DNA of 64,000 bases from an uncultured Atribacterota bacterium (lineage in GTDB: Bacteria; Atribacterota; Atribacteria; Atribacterales; Thermatribacteraceae). The position numbers and the translations under genes are program-made. Position 1 is the stretch's first letter, and each line of letters opens with the position of its first letter. This document shows, piece by piece, positions 36,672-46,540 of this stretch. Under the pieces are notes generated by a model. The model was given only the letters and a program-made list of their open reading frames with translations. It did not search any database and had not been told where the DNA came from. The stretch covers positions 87-64,086 of the forward strand of contig CAZMZG010000003.1 of assembly GCA_964570785.1 (NCBI GenBank), read 5' to 3'.

Positions 36672-37487
36672 ATGCGCCGGGTTTTTAAAAAATTTGTTCC
36701 TGAAGATTTTCAATACCTGGCAAAGGTTTTTTCTAAACGGGGTACTTCGCACTTTTTAGATTTAGTTAAAGATGATTACCGGGTGCTGGATGTAGTTTTG
36801 GACGATGAAAATGTCTTTAAAAAGCTTGTCCTTGATGAACATCTTTTTTTGAAAGTAAGCCCTTATTTTTACTTTGAGCTTCTCCTGAGGCAAGCAATAA
36901 GGGACATTAAGCGGGAAAGCTACACCTTAGAGCGCATAGGATACAGGGAGCGAGTGCCTGTATTTGATGGCCCCAGAGTTATAGAAGCCGTTTCGAGAGA
37001 AGATATAAGAGATTATCTGGTTGAGCTTCTGGTTTCTTTTGTGAAGGTGAGCAACATTACCATCTACATTCGCAAGGGTCAGGGTATATATCTCAAAAGG
37101 TCCATAAGTGATATGGACTTTGATTTAATGCTTGAAATAGGCGAAAAAGCTGAGGAACCCTATCGCTTTATCTTTTTAAAGAGAGCTGGAGATATAGCGC
37201 TTTTTCTGAGTGGGGTTTTTCCGGAGCAATTGTTTGGTAGTCCTTTCCCTTTGCGCCGTAAGCCGTTTTTGCCTGTTTTAGTGAGTAGCGGCGAAGAGCT
37301 GGAAAGGAAGGGCAAGGAAGTTTATCGTCTTGCTGGACAAAGTAGGATTGCCCAGGAACACCAGCTGGATTCCACGCTCGACTTTCTTGCTAACCATTTT
37401 GAGGCAGTCAAAAAGCCTCTCAACGTCATGACCGACCGGTATCTTCACTTCAGGAAGTATGATATCTTTCGCCTTTTGCAAAACTGA
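36672..37487 (+). CDS. Hypothetical cytoplasmic protein, no recognised domain
   Basis: 271-aa ORF starting 6 nt after the previous one. No motif I recognise. Confidence 0.5.
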   Translation: MRRVFKKFVPEDFQYLAKVFSKRGTSHFLDLVKDDYRVLDVVLDDENVFKKLVLDEHLFLKVSPYFYFELLLRQAIRDIKRESYTLERIGYRERVPVFDGPRVIEAVSREDIRDYLVELLVSFVKVSNITIYIRKGQGIYLKRSISDMDFDLMLEIGEKAEEPYRFIFLKRAGDIALFLSGVFPEQLFGSPFPLRRKPFLPVLVSSGEELERKGKEVYRLAGQSRIAQEHQLDSTLDFLANHFEAVKKPLNVMTDRYLHFRKYDIFRLLQN

Positions 37488-38747
37488 TCACAGCGACCAT
37501 TTTCCACCTATTCGATTGAAAGCACTGGTTGGAAAGTTTGTGAACTGCAGTTTTACTTGCATTTCAGGAAAAACTTCAAGCACCTTAGGGAAGAGCCCCT
37601 GCAGGTAAGCAATGGTTATTCCATAGTTGGTAATGGGTACGTTTTCTCTTTTCGCAGTCAGTATGCGGTAATACATTTCCTTAGGGTTTAGCATGCAGGC
37701 TCCACAGTGAATTATCAACTGGTACTGGGAAAGGTTTTCTGGAAAACTCGCCCCAACATTTACATCAATTTTTAGCTCAAAACCCAGCTTTTGTCTGAGC
37801 CAACGCGGTATTTTTATTCTTCCAATATCATCAGGCATAGGATGATGGGTACAGGCTTCTGAAATCAAAACTTTATCTCCAGGCTTGAGTCTTTCGATAG
37901 CTTCTACTCCTTCTACAAAAGTCAAGAGATCTCCTTTGTAGCGAGCAAAAAGGATTGAAAAGCTGGTAAGAGGTATTCCTGAAGGCACTGCACCCGCTAC
38001 CTTATGAAATACCTGGGAGTCAGTAACTACCATGCGAGGTGGTTTTTTCAGCCCTTGCAAGGTTTCGACCAGTTCTCTTTCCTTGGTGATTACAGCTATT
38101 GCTTCTGAATCAAGTAACTCTCGAATGGTCTGTACCTGGGGAAGGATTAGTCTGCCCTTGGGGGCTCCAAGATCTATAGGTACCACCAGCACCACTATGT
38201 CCCCAGTGGCCACTAGGTCTTTGATCAAAGGTTTTTCCTGGTAAGAACGTTGCAGTATGGATATCAAAGCTTTTTTCAGTTCTTCTATGCCTTCCCCAGT
38301 TCTGGCACTTACTCTGAAGGTAGGTATCTGGTGGTCAATCAAAATATTGGCATTAGCTTCCAGGTCGATTTTATTTTGCACCCCAATAACGGTTATACCG
38401 TTCTCTTTTAGAAGTTCAATTAGCTGTTTTTCGAAAGTAAAATCTGAAGCATAGTCCCATACTACGAGTGCCAGATCGCAACGTCTCAATATCTCCAGGG
38501 TCTTCTTTTTGCGGAGTTCCCCCAGGAAGCCCTCATCATCCAGGCCCGCTGTGTCGATAAGGGTTACTGGCCCAAAAGGGAGGAGTTCGACAGCCTTGAA
38601 AACGGGATCAGTGGTAGTTCCGGGTACTTCCGATACAATGGCTACCTCCTGCTGGGTGAGGGCGTTGATCAAAGAAGATTTGCCAGCGTTTCTCCTGCCA
38701 AAAATACCTATGTGGGGCCTTAGACCGCGTGGTGTTGTTTGCTTCAA
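37488..38747 (-). CDS. hydF: [FeFe]-hydrogenase maturation GTPase HydF
   Basis: G1 GRRNAGKSSLINAL, DTAG, NKID. C-terminal CTHH...(about 50 aa)...HCGACM Fe-S motif (CxHx46-53HCxxC). Confidence 0.85.
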   Translation of the reverse strand: MKQTTPRGLRPHIGIFGRRNAGKSSLINALTQQEVAIVSEVPGTTTDPVFKAVELLPFGPVTLIDTAGLDDEGFLGELRKKKTLEILRRCDLALVVWDYASDFTFEKQLIELLKENGITVIGVQNKIDLEANANILIDHQIPTFRVSARTGEGIEELKKALISILQRSYQEKPLIKDLVATGDIVVLVVPIDLGAPKGRLILPQVQTIRELLDSEAIAVITKERELVETLQGLKKPPRMVVTDSQVFHKVAGAVPSGIPLTSFSILFARYKGDLLTFVEGVEAIERLKPGDKVLISEACTHHPMPDDIGRIKIPRWLRQKLGFELKIDVNVGASFPENLSQYQLIIHCGACMLNPKEMYYRILTAKRENVPITNYGITIAYLQGLFPKVLEVFPEMQVKLQFTNFPTSAFNRIGGKWSL

Positions 38748-40171
38748 GGTTTTTTCACCTCTACTTTCCCGAAACCTGGAATTCCGGGTCTTGAAATTTC
38801 TAAAGGATTTAAGATGTTTTTCAGCTCTTCCTCAGAAAAGATTTTCCGTTCGATCAGAAAATCTCTGAAATTTTTGCCTTCTCTAAAGCATTCCTGAACC
38901 AGCTCTGAAGTGCGCTCATGGCCCAGGTAGGGGACTATGCAGGTTGCTAAAGCGAAGCTTTTTTCGAGCAACTTGCTACAACGTTCCTGATTGACTTTTA
39001 CTCCTCGTAGGCATTTTTCCGTAAAGGCGTTTATACTCAATTTGAGTTCTTCTACCATTTCCAGTATGTGATTGGCAATAAAAGGTCCAAGATGGTTCAA
39101 CTCCAGTTGCCCACTAGAGCAGTAAAAAGCTATGGTCTGATCTTTGCCCATTATATCTATGGCGATTCCCTCTATATATTCGCACATAACAGGGTTGACT
39201 TTTCCAGGCATTATCGAGGATCCTTCCTGCAGGGGGGGTAAGTTGATTTCGTTAATACCGGCTCGTGGACCCATGGATAGAAGACGCAGGTCATTAACTA
39301 TTTTACGCAAGTTAACGGCTAGTGAGCGCAAGAGGCCCGATACCTCGGAGAAAACATCCAGATTCTGGGTGTTTTCGAAAAGATTCATGGCTTTGGCCAG
39401 GGGTAGGCCAGTTATTTCATTCAAATAGACGATTGCTCTGGCAATGTATTCAGGGTGGGCATTCAGACCGGTTCCTACCGCAGTTCCACCGAGATTAACT
39501 TCTTTTATTCGCTCTCTGCTTTTCCAGAGTCTCCAGCGGTCACGGGCGATAGCTTCGGCAAAGGCACCAAATTCCATTCCCAGAGTAATGGGTACGGCAT
39601 CCTGAAGCTCGGTTCGTCCCACTTTTAGTACTGAAGCAAACTCTTTTTCTTTTTGCTGGAGTGCTTCCTGGAGGTTGATTATTTCTTTTTCCAGCTCTTC
39701 AAGCTGCCAGAGCGTAGCTACCTTAACTGCAGTCATGAAAGTGTCGTTGGTGGATTGACTCAAGTTTACATTGTCAAAGGGGTTAACCACCTGATAATTC
39801 CCTTTGGCGTAGCCAAGTATTTCCAGAGCACGATTGGCCAGTATTTCGTTGATGTTCATGTTGAGAGAGGTTCCAGCTCCACCCTGAAAGATGGGCACGA
39901 TAACTTCTTCGTTGAATCTGCCTTCCATACCTTCCTCACAGGCTTTCAATATGGCGTTGCCTACTCTTTCTTCAAGAAGACCTACTTCCATGTTGGCCTT
40001 GGTGCAGGACCATTTCACGGCAAAGTAGGCTTTGATCAGAGGGAAAGGAACCCTTTTTTGGAAAGGAAAGTTGTCTCTAGCTCTTTTGGAATGAATGCCC
40101 CAGTAAGCATTTTGAGGTATCGGCTCTTCTCCTAAAAGGTCCTTTTCTTTCCGAAAGATTTCTTTTTTCAA
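38744..40171 (-). CDS. Aspartate ammonia-lyase family protein (class II fumarase/aspartase fold)
   Basis: GSSIMPGKVNP signature, QSTNDTF, TELQDAVPITLG. N-terminus colinear with E. coli AspA when started at TTG 40171 (AAGAGG SD 8 nt upstream). Its stop overlaps the hydF start by 4 nt. Confidence 0.85.
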   Translation of the reverse strand: MKKEIFRKEKDLLGEEPIPQNAYWGIHSKRARDNFPFQKRVPFPLIKAYFAVKWSCTKANMEVGLLEERVGNAILKACEEGMEGRFNEEVIVPIFQGGAGTSLNMNINEILANRALEILGYAKGNYQVVNPFDNVNLSQSTNDTFMTAVKVATLWQLEELEKEIINLQEALQQKEKEFASVLKVGRTELQDAVPITLGMEFGAFAEAIARDRWRLWKSRERIKEVNLGGTAVGTGLNAHPEYIARAIVYLNEITGLPLAKAMNLFENTQNLDVFSEVSGLLRSLAVNLRKIVNDLRLLSMGPRAGINEINLPPLQEGSSIMPGKVNPVMCEYIEGIAIDIMGKDQTIAFYCSSGQLELNHLGPFIANHILEMVEELKLSINAFTEKCLRGVKVNQERCSKLLEKSFALATCIVPYLGHERTSELVQECFREGKNFRDFLIERKIFSEEELKNILNPLEISRPGIPGFGKVEVKKP

Positions 40172-40300
40172 ATTTTCAACCTCTTTTCTACTCGATGTTG
40201 TGTTTCTTTTTATTTTAAGAAAACCAGGCAAACTTCTTTTCATTTCAGGTCTGGCAGAAGGAAACGAAAATATTATAATAGTATTCAGGGGGGGAATAAA

Positions 40301-40660
40301 TTGGAAGATAAAGTTCCTAAGGGAAGGTTGTTTCGTAATTATGTGGAGGAAAATTACGCTTTTGGTGAGTTTGCTCTTGTCAGAGTGCGTGGAGATAGGG
40401 CCGAGGTGGGTTTTGTCCTTGCCGAAGAAGATGTCTCTAAATGGCCAGAGCTTCAGCGCCAAACTCTGGATATGGCCAATTATTTAATGCGCAGAATTAA
40501 AGAAGAAGGACTTTCGGAGCTGGCAATTGCAGGAGTGGGCAAAGATTTGGATTTTTTTACCGTATCCATAGTGGTGGATCTGACAGGAATGAAGAAAGAA
40601 GAGATTTTCGCTCTGGCGAGAAAAGTGATGGATATATTGCAAGAAATCAATCCCTATTAG
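40301..40660 (+). CDS. Hypothetical 119-aa protein
   Basis: TTG start after GGGGGG. Divergent from aspA-hydF. No recognised motif. Confidence 0.4.
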   Translation: MEDKVPKGRLFRNYVEENYAFGEFALVRVRGDRAEVGFVLAEEDVSKWPELQRQTLDMANYLMRRIKEEGLSELAIAGVGKDLDFFTVSIVVDLTGMKKEEIFALARKVMDILQEINPY

Positions 40661-40703
40661 TTGGGGTGAGGGGGCAATTTGAATTTGAAAGGAGGCGTTT
40701 TGG

Positions 40704-41903
40704 ATGGCTGAGAAGGTTGGATTTGTGACCATGGGTGAGAAAAAGGGGGTAACCAAAGATATTCCCGAGCTGGGCATTGGCATGCTGGGCTATGCTTTTA
40801 TGGGTAAAGCGCATACCAATGCTTATAAGAAGTACTCTTATATTTTCTGGCCTCCAATTGCTTTCCCCCGGCTGGTTGCGATATGTGGGCGAAATGAGGA
40901 AGCAGTTAAAGAAGCGAAGATCCGCTATGGGTACGAAAAGTACTATACTGACTGGAGGGCGATGCTTCAAGATAGTGAAGTGCAAATCTTTGATAATAGT
41001 GGGCCTAACAATTTGCATGCTGAACCTTGTATTGAAGCTTTGAAACTGGGGAAACATGTTTTTTGTGAAAAGCCACTTGCTGCTACTGCTGAGGAAGCTC
41101 AAAAAATGTGGGAAGCGGCAAAAGCTTCTCCAGCTAAAGCGATGGTTTGTTTTAATTATCGTTTCGTTCCTGCCTTGCGTCTGGCCAAGGAACTGATAAA
41201 AGAGGGAAGGCTGGGAGAGATATACCATTTCCGTGCTCAGTATTTACAAGAGTGGATTATGGATCCCAATTTCCCAGCTGTATGGAGATTGCAAAGAGGA
41301 GTGTCTGGCTCTGGGGCTCTTGGAGACCTTGGTTCCCACATCATAGATCTGGCGCGTTTTCTGGTAGGAGAAATTGCTTCGGTAAGTGCTCTGACCCGTA
41401 CTTTTATTAAAGAGCGCCCTTCTCTTGAGGATCCCCAGAAGAAGGTTTCTGTTGATGTGGATGATGCCTTTGTGGCTATCGTTGAATTTGAAGGGGGTGC
41501 CATTGGTACTCTGGAAGCTTCTCGATTTTGCGGTGGGCGCAAGAACTATCAGGTGATAGAAATCAACGGTTCTAAAGGAAGTTTGCGTTTTAACCTGGAG
41601 CGACTTAACGAACTTGAGGTGTATCTGGTTGATGAAGAACCAAGAGTTGTGCGCGGTTTCCACGACGTGCTGGTTACAGAAAGCTATCATCCTTTTTATG
41701 ATAAATGGTGGCCTCATGGTCACATTATTGGTTGGGAACACACTTTTATACACGCCATAGCGCACTTCCTGGATGCTGTGGTAAATAACCGTTCTATTGC
41801 TCCCTATGGAGCTACTTTTGAAGATGGATACCGCTGTGCTCTGGTTTGTGATACTATTTTAAAATCCGCGGAAACTGGGAAGAAAGAGTTGATACAGTAC
41901 TAG
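40704..41903 (+). CDS. Gfo/Idh/MocA-family NAD(P)-dependent oxidoreductase
   Basis: N-terminal Rossmann GIGMLGYAFMGKAH, EKPLA motif, 399 aa. Confidence 0.85.
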   Translation: MAEKVGFVTMGEKKGVTKDIPELGIGMLGYAFMGKAHTNAYKKYSYIFWPPIAFPRLVAICGRNEEAVKEAKIRYGYEKYYTDWRAMLQDSEVQIFDNSGPNNLHAEPCIEALKLGKHVFCEKPLAATAEEAQKMWEAAKASPAKAMVCFNYRFVPALRLAKELIKEGRLGEIYHFRAQYLQEWIMDPNFPAVWRLQRGVSGSGALGDLGSHIIDLARFLVGEIASVSALTRTFIKERPSLEDPQKKVSVDVDDAFVAIVEFEGGAIGTLEASRFCGGRKNYQVIEINGSKGSLRFNLERLNELEVYLVDEEPRVVRGFHDVLVTESYHPFYDKWWPHGHIIGWEHTFIHAIAHFLDAVVNNRSIAPYGATFEDGYRCALVCDTILKSAETGKKELIQY

Positions 41904-41908
41904 AGACC

Positions 41909-41938
41909 AAAAGGCACGGAGAAAACTCCGTGCCTTTT
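41909..41938 (+). terminator. Intrinsic terminator upstream of purS
   Basis: AAAAGGCACGGAG-aaaa-CTCCGTGCCTTTT perfect 13-bp hairpin ending in a T run, followed directly by the purS SD GAAGGAGG. Confidence 0.7.
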
Positions 41939-41952
41939 GAAGGAGGAGTAGT

Positions 41953-42207
41953 ATGAAATATCGGGGTAAGGTAATAGTTACTTTAAAGGGTGGGGTTTTC
42001 GACCCCCAGGGAGTCACTATTAAGAACGCCTTACATTCACTTTCTTTTGAAAATGTAGAGGAAGTCAAGACAGGTAAGTTCTTTGAGGTCCTGTTTTGTG
42101 CTGAAAGCGATGCTGAGGCTGAGAAGCTTCTGAAAGAGATGTGTCGTCAACTTCTGGCTAATCCCATTATTGAGGACTTTTCTTTCTCTTTAGAAAAAAT
42201 GCAGTAA
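41953..42207 (+). CDS. purS: Phosphoribosylformylglycinamidine synthase subunit PurS
   Basis: 84-aa protein immediately upstream of purQ/purL. GVFDPQG motif. Confidence 0.9.
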   Translation: MKYRGKVIVTLKGGVFDPQGVTIKNALHSLSFENVEEVKTGKFFEVLFCAESDAEAEKLLKEMCRQLLANPIIEDFSFSLEKMQ

Positions 42208-42217
42208 GGAGCAGACT

Positions 42218-42940
42218 ATGCGTTTTGGAGTTGTCGTTTTTCCTGGTTCTAACTGTGATCGAGATTGCTTTCATGTTTTAGGTGAGGTGTTAGGAGTAGA
42301 GACCGTATATCTTTGGCACGCAGAAAGGGATTTGAAAGATTGCGATTGTATTGTACTGCCGGGCGGGTTTAGCTATGGTGATTACTTGCGAGCTGGCGCC
42401 ATAGCCGCTTACGCTCCTATAATGCTCAGCATTCGAGAGTTTGCTGAACAAGGAGGGCTGGTTCTGGGTATTTGCAATGGTTTTCAGATTCTCGTTGAGG
42501 CTGGCCTATTGCCTGGGGTACTTTTGCCCAACACCAGCGGTCATTTTATATGTCGCTGGGTTTATCTTAGGGTAGAGAATAATCGGACGCCCTTTACCAG
42601 AATGTACTCTCAGGGAGAGGTTGTTAGAATGCCAATTGCGCACCAGCAAGGTAATTTTTTTGTTCCCCATTCTATATTTGAAGAGTTGGAACAAAAAAAT
42701 TTAATTGCATTCAGGTATTGTAATGCTCAGGGTGGAATCAGCTCAGATGCTAATCCTAACGGTTCTGTGGGAAATATCGCCGGGGTGATTTCGCCTTCGG
42801 GGAACGTGCTGGGTATGATGCCTCACCCCGAACGCTGTGCAGAATCAATTCTGGGTTCAGAAGACGGAAAGAAAGTTTTTCAATCTATTATTAGATGGTT
42901 GGAGGAGAAAAAGTGCAGCAAAGAAGCAGTAAAGAAATAG
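42218..42940 (+). CDS. purQ: Phosphoribosylformylglycinamidine synthase glutaminase subunit PurQ
   Basis: GICNGFQIL nucleophile-Cys motif and MMPHPER. Confidence 0.95.
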   Translation: MRFGVVVFPGSNCDRDCFHVLGEVLGVETVYLWHAERDLKDCDCIVLPGGFSYGDYLRAGAIAAYAPIMLSIREFAEQGGLVLGICNGFQILVEAGLLPGVLLPNTSGHFICRWVYLRVENNRTPFTRMYSQGEVVRMPIAHQQGNFFVPHSIFEELEQKNLIAFRYCNAQGGISSDANPNGSVGNIAGVISPSGNVLGMMPHPERCAESILGSEDGKKVFQSIIRWLEEKKCSKEAVKK

Positions 42941-45111
42941 CCTTAAGTTTGGGTTTGCGGGAAGAAGACTATCGAAAAATTTTGGAAATTCTGGGAAGAG
43001 ATCCAACCCCCACTGAGGTAGCAATGTTCTCTGTAGAATGGTCGGAACATTGTGGCTATACTCATTCCAGGAACTGGTTCAAATTTCTTCCCCGTCAGGG
43101 GAGGTTTCAGGCCCTGGTTGGAGAGGATGCAGGGGGAATAGTTTATGACGGGTTGGCCCTGGTTTTCAAGATGGAGAGCCACAATCATCCTTCCCAAGTA
43201 GAACCAAAACAGGGTGCAGCAACAGGTGTGGGAGGCATAATTCGTGATATCTTAGGAAGTGGTGCTCGCCCAATTGCGTGCCTGGATTCGCTACGTTTTG
43301 CTCCCCCTGATGAAAACCGTTCCAGGTACATTTTTCGGGGTGTGATAGACGGAATTGCCTTTTATGGGAATTGCGTTGGAGTGCCAACGGTTGCTGGAGA
43401 ACTTTATTTTCATCCTTCTTTTCGAGGTAATTGTCTGGTAAATGTTATGTGTATTGGTCTGGTACCTGAAGGTGGTTTAATGCGGGCTGTGGCTAAGGGT
43501 GAAGGCAACGCCATAATCTATGTAGGTAACAAGACGGGAAGGGACGGCATTGGTGGTTGCAGTATTTTGGCTTCTCAGGAGTTTGCAGGTAATGAGGAGA
43601 AAAGGCCGAGTGTTCAGATTGGTGACCCTTTCAGCGAAAAGTGCCTTATTGAAGCCACTCTGGAGGCCATAAAGAGCGGTAGAGTAGTTGGGATAAAAGA
43701 CATGGGTGCAGCAGGTCTTACCTGCTCCACAAGTGAAATAGCTGCAGCCGGTGACTCCGGGATGGAGGTAGATTTGGATCGAGTTCCAGTACGTGAAAAA
43801 GGCATGGAGGCCTGGGAGATTATGATGTCTGAGTCGCAGGAGCGTATGCTTCTTTGTGTTGAGAAGGGATACGAAGAAAGAATATGTGACATTTTCAGGA
43901 AATGGGGTCTTGAAGCAGAAGTTATTGGTCGAGTTGTTAACTCAGGAAGGGTTACTATACGTTACCGGGGAGAAGTTGTAGCTGATATTCCAGCCAAAGC
44001 TTTAACTACACCTCCTTCCTGTGTGCCTCCCTTCTACGAGCCTCCTTACTTTCAGGAAATCAATAGTTTTTCTTTTGAAGCACTACCCGTTCCTGAAGAT
44101 TTTAATCAAACTTTTCTATCTCTCCTTGCTTCACCGAATTTATGTTCCCGTCGTTTCGTTTACGAACAATATGATCACATGGTCCAGACCAACACTGTAA
44201 TCTACCCGGGTTCGGGAACTGTGGTGCTGCGGGTGAAGGGTAAAAGCTGGGGCATAGCAGTGACCACTGATTGCAATCCCCTTTATTGTTTCTTAAATCC
44301 TTACCAGGGTGCTCAAATGGCAGTTGCTGAAGCTGCGAGGAACCTGGTTTGTTGTGGGGCTATTCCTGCTGGCATTACTGATTGTTTGAATTTTGGTAAT
44401 CCTGAGAAACCGGACCGCTACTGGCAATTTGTGGAAGCTGTGAAGGGCTTGAGTGAGGCTGCCGGGTATTTCGATGTTCCCGTAGTCAGTGGCAACGTCT
44501 CTTTTTATAACGAAAGTCTGGAGGGTTCAATTTATCCCACACCTACTGTTGGGATGATAGGCATTGTGGAAGATGTTTCCAGAGTTATCCCTTCGTGTTT
44601 CAGTAGGGAAAACTTACTGATTGTGTTGCTTGGCGAGTGTCGTGATGGCCTCGGTGGTAGCGAGTATTTGAGGGTAATTCATAATCTGGAGGTTGGTCCC
44701 CTTCCACATTTTGATATGAAGATGGAAAGAAAGCTTCAGGAAGTTTTAATCGAGCTTGTTAAAGAGAGGTGTCTTTGCTCGGCAACTGATGTTAGCGAGG
44801 GTGGTCTGGCTATGGCTCTTGCTGAAGCTTCCTTGAGTGCAGAAGTGGCGGTGGGATTCAATGTTGATATCAGTGATTGTGGCGATTTAAGGGAAGACGT
44901 AATACTATTTGGAGAAGCTGGAGGCAGGGCCGTAGTTACGATTAAAGAAGAAAACTTCCCGAAGCTTGAAAAAATTCTCCTTAGCAGAAGGTTCCCTTTC
45001 TGTGTTTTGGGAAAGAGCGGAGGGAGATATTTAATTTTTCGCAAGGGAGAAAAAGAGTTGATCAGAATTAGTACAGAAGTTGCCAAAAAACACTGGGAAG
45101 CAACTTTTTGA
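42913..45111 (+). CDS. purL: Phosphoribosylformylglycinamidine synthase subunit PurL
   Basis: EWSEHCGY and ESHNHPS motifs. GTG 42913 sits 5 nt after GGAGGAG and is preferred over ORF-track start 42895. Confidence 0.93.
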   Translation: MQQRSSKEIALSLGLREEDYRKILEILGRDPTPTEVAMFSVEWSEHCGYTHSRNWFKFLPRQGRFQALVGEDAGGIVYDGLALVFKMESHNHPSQVEPKQGAATGVGGIIRDILGSGARPIACLDSLRFAPPDENRSRYIFRGVIDGIAFYGNCVGVPTVAGELYFHPSFRGNCLVNVMCIGLVPEGGLMRAVAKGEGNAIIYVGNKTGRDGIGGCSILASQEFAGNEEKRPSVQIGDPFSEKCLIEATLEAIKSGRVVGIKDMGAAGLTCSTSEIAAAGDSGMEVDLDRVPVREKGMEAWEIMMSESQERMLLCVEKGYEERICDIFRKWGLEAEVIGRVVNSGRVTIRYRGEVVADIPAKALTTPPSCVPPFYEPPYFQEINSFSFEALPVPEDFNQTFLSLLASPNLCSRRFVYEQYDHMVQTNTVIYPGSGTVVLRVKGKSWGIAVTTDCNPLYCFLNPYQGAQMAVAEAARNLVCCGAIPAGITDCLNFGNPEKPDRYWQFVEAVKGLSEAAGYFDVPVVSGNVSFYNESLEGSIYPTPTVGMIGIVEDVSRVIPSCFSRENLLIVLLGECRDGLGGSEYLRVIHNLEVGPLPHFDMKMERKLQEVLIELVKERCLCSATDVSEGGLAMALAEASLSAEVAVGFNVDISDCGDLREDVILFGEAGGRAVVTIKEENFPKLEKILLSRRFPFCVLGKSGGRYLIFRKGEKELIRISTEVAKKHWEATF

Positions 45112-45148
45112 GTTTTTGGAAATTTCTTCAGAAAGACAGGAGGATTTC

Positions 45149-46540
45149 TTGGTGGGTTTAAAAGAGAGTTGCGGTGTTTTTGGAGTTTTTGGATTATCCA
45201 ATGCTGCGGAAATAACTTATTTGGGGCTTTTCTCGCTCCAGCACCGTGGTCAGGAGAGTGCAGGTATTGTTGCTTCGGATGGGAAAAGCTTGCGAGAGAA
45301 AAAGGGCATGGGCCTGGTTAGCGAGGTTTTTCATTCTTCAGACTTTAAAGAGCTCAGGGGACATGTTGCCCTGGGTCATGTCCGTTATTCAACAACCGGT
45401 TCTTCTTCCATAAAAAATGCACAACCCTTTTTGGGAGATTGTCGCTTTGGAGAACTGGCTATAGCCCACAACGGCAATTTGACCAATGCTTTTTACCTCC
45501 GCAAGCAACTCACCCGTTTGGGGTCTGTTTTTCGTTCTTCCATGGATACCGAACTAATTTTGCATTTAATCGCTCGCAGCCAGTTTGATAATCTCGAAGA
45601 CTCCGTTAAGGAAGCTTTGTGGCAGATGAGAGGTGCCTTTTCCCTGGGTATCATTGCCCCTTGCCGCCTGATAGCAATTAGGGATCCCTGGGGTTTTAGA
45701 CCGCTTGCTTTAGGCAGGTTAAACGGGGGTTATGTAATAAGTTCGGAGACTTGTGCTTTTGATGTTCTGGGAGCTGAATTAATAAGGGAAATTGCTCCGG
45801 GTGAAATGGTGGTCATCGATGAAAATGGAGTTCGTTCTTTCTTTTATGCTTATTCTTCAAGAAAAGCTTTTTGTGTTTTTGAGCTGATATATTTTGCTCG
45901 TCCAGACAGCCTGGTTTTTGGAAACAGCGTTTATGAGGCGCGTAAGAGGATGGGTCAAAAGCTGGCTGCCAAGGAATTCATCACTGCCGATATGGTAATT
46001 CCCGTGCCTGATTCTGGGATGTGTGCAGCCCTGGGTTTTACTGAATTTTCTGGAATACCTATAGAACTGGGTTTTATCCGCAATCCTTATGTTGGTCGTA
46101 CCTTTATCCGTCCCTGTCAGGACGAAAGAGAGCTGGCAATAGATATAAAATTGAACCCCCTCAGGGGTTTGTTGAAGGATAAGAGGGTGATAGTAATCGA
46201 AGATTCAATTGTAAGGGGGAATACTTCGAGAAGAAGAATAGCCACCTTGAAAAGAGCTGGAGTCAAAGAGGTTCACATGCGGGTTAGCTCTCCTCCTCAC
46301 CGCTTTCCATGTTTTTACGGAGTGGATTTTCCCAGTTCTTCCGAGCTTGTTGCTTTTGGGAAAAGCGTTGAAGAGATAAGGCAATGTTTGGGTCTTGATA
46401 GCTTGCAGTATCTTGACATTGAGGACTTGAAAGAAATAGTTGGAGAATCAGGCAATAATTTCTGTTTTGCCTGTTTTAATGGTGATTACCCGGTGCAGAC
46501 AGAGAAGGAATTTGCAAAAAACATCTTTGAAAGTATATAA
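45149..46540 (+). CDS. purF: Amidophosphoribosyltransferase (Fe-S type, short propeptide)
   Basis: CGVFGVFG N-terminal nucleophile preceded by a short propeptide. DSIVRGNT PRPP motif. Cys ligands CVFE, FPCFYG, CFACF. TTG 45149 or GTG 45152 follows AGGAGG. Confidence 0.9.
   Translation: MVGLKESCGVFGVFGLSNAAEITYLGLFSLQHRGQESAGIVASDGKSLREKKGMGLVSEVFHSSDFKELRGHVALGHVRYSTTGSSSIKNAQPFLGDCRFGELAIAHNGNLTNAFYLRKQLTRLGSVFRSSMDTELILHLIARSQFDNLEDSVKEALWQMRGAFSLGIIAPCRLIAIRDPWGFRPLALGRLNGGYVISSETCAFDVLGAELIREIAPGEMVVIDENGVRSFFYAYSSRKAFCVFELIYFARPDSLVFGNSVYEARKRMGQKLAAKEFITADMVIPVPDSGMCAALGFTEFSGIPIELGFIRNPYVGRTFIRPCQDERELAIDIKLNPLRGLLKDKRVIVIEDSIVRGNTSRRRIATLKRAGVKEVHMRVSSPPHRFPCFYGVDFPSSSELVAFGKSVEEIRQCLGLDSLQYLDIEDLKEIVGESGNNFCFACFNGDYPVQTEKEFAKNIFESI

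Noticed and set aside
40172-40462. 97-codon N-terminal extension of the aspartase-like ORF (MALKLWPF...)
   Set aside because: The extension has no homology and is hydrophobic and low in complexity. Aspartase colinearity starts at TTG 40171, which has an AAGAGG SD. The extension would also overlap the divergent 40301 ORF and its promoter region.
40647-41228. 193-aa minus-strand ORF
   Set aside because: It is antisense to the well-supported Gfo/Idh/MocA gene, has no motifs, and has shadow-ORF composition.
41904-41952. Possible purine riboswitch before purS
   Set aside because: Only 49 nt are available, and they are fully explained by a terminator hairpin plus the SD. This is too short for a purine aptamer.
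45080-45148. ORF-track N-terminal extension of purF ([12 protein letters not shown]...)
   Set aside because: It overlaps the purL 3' end. PurF needs its Cys nucleophile close to the N-terminus, and AGGAGG precedes TTG 45149 / GTG 45152.
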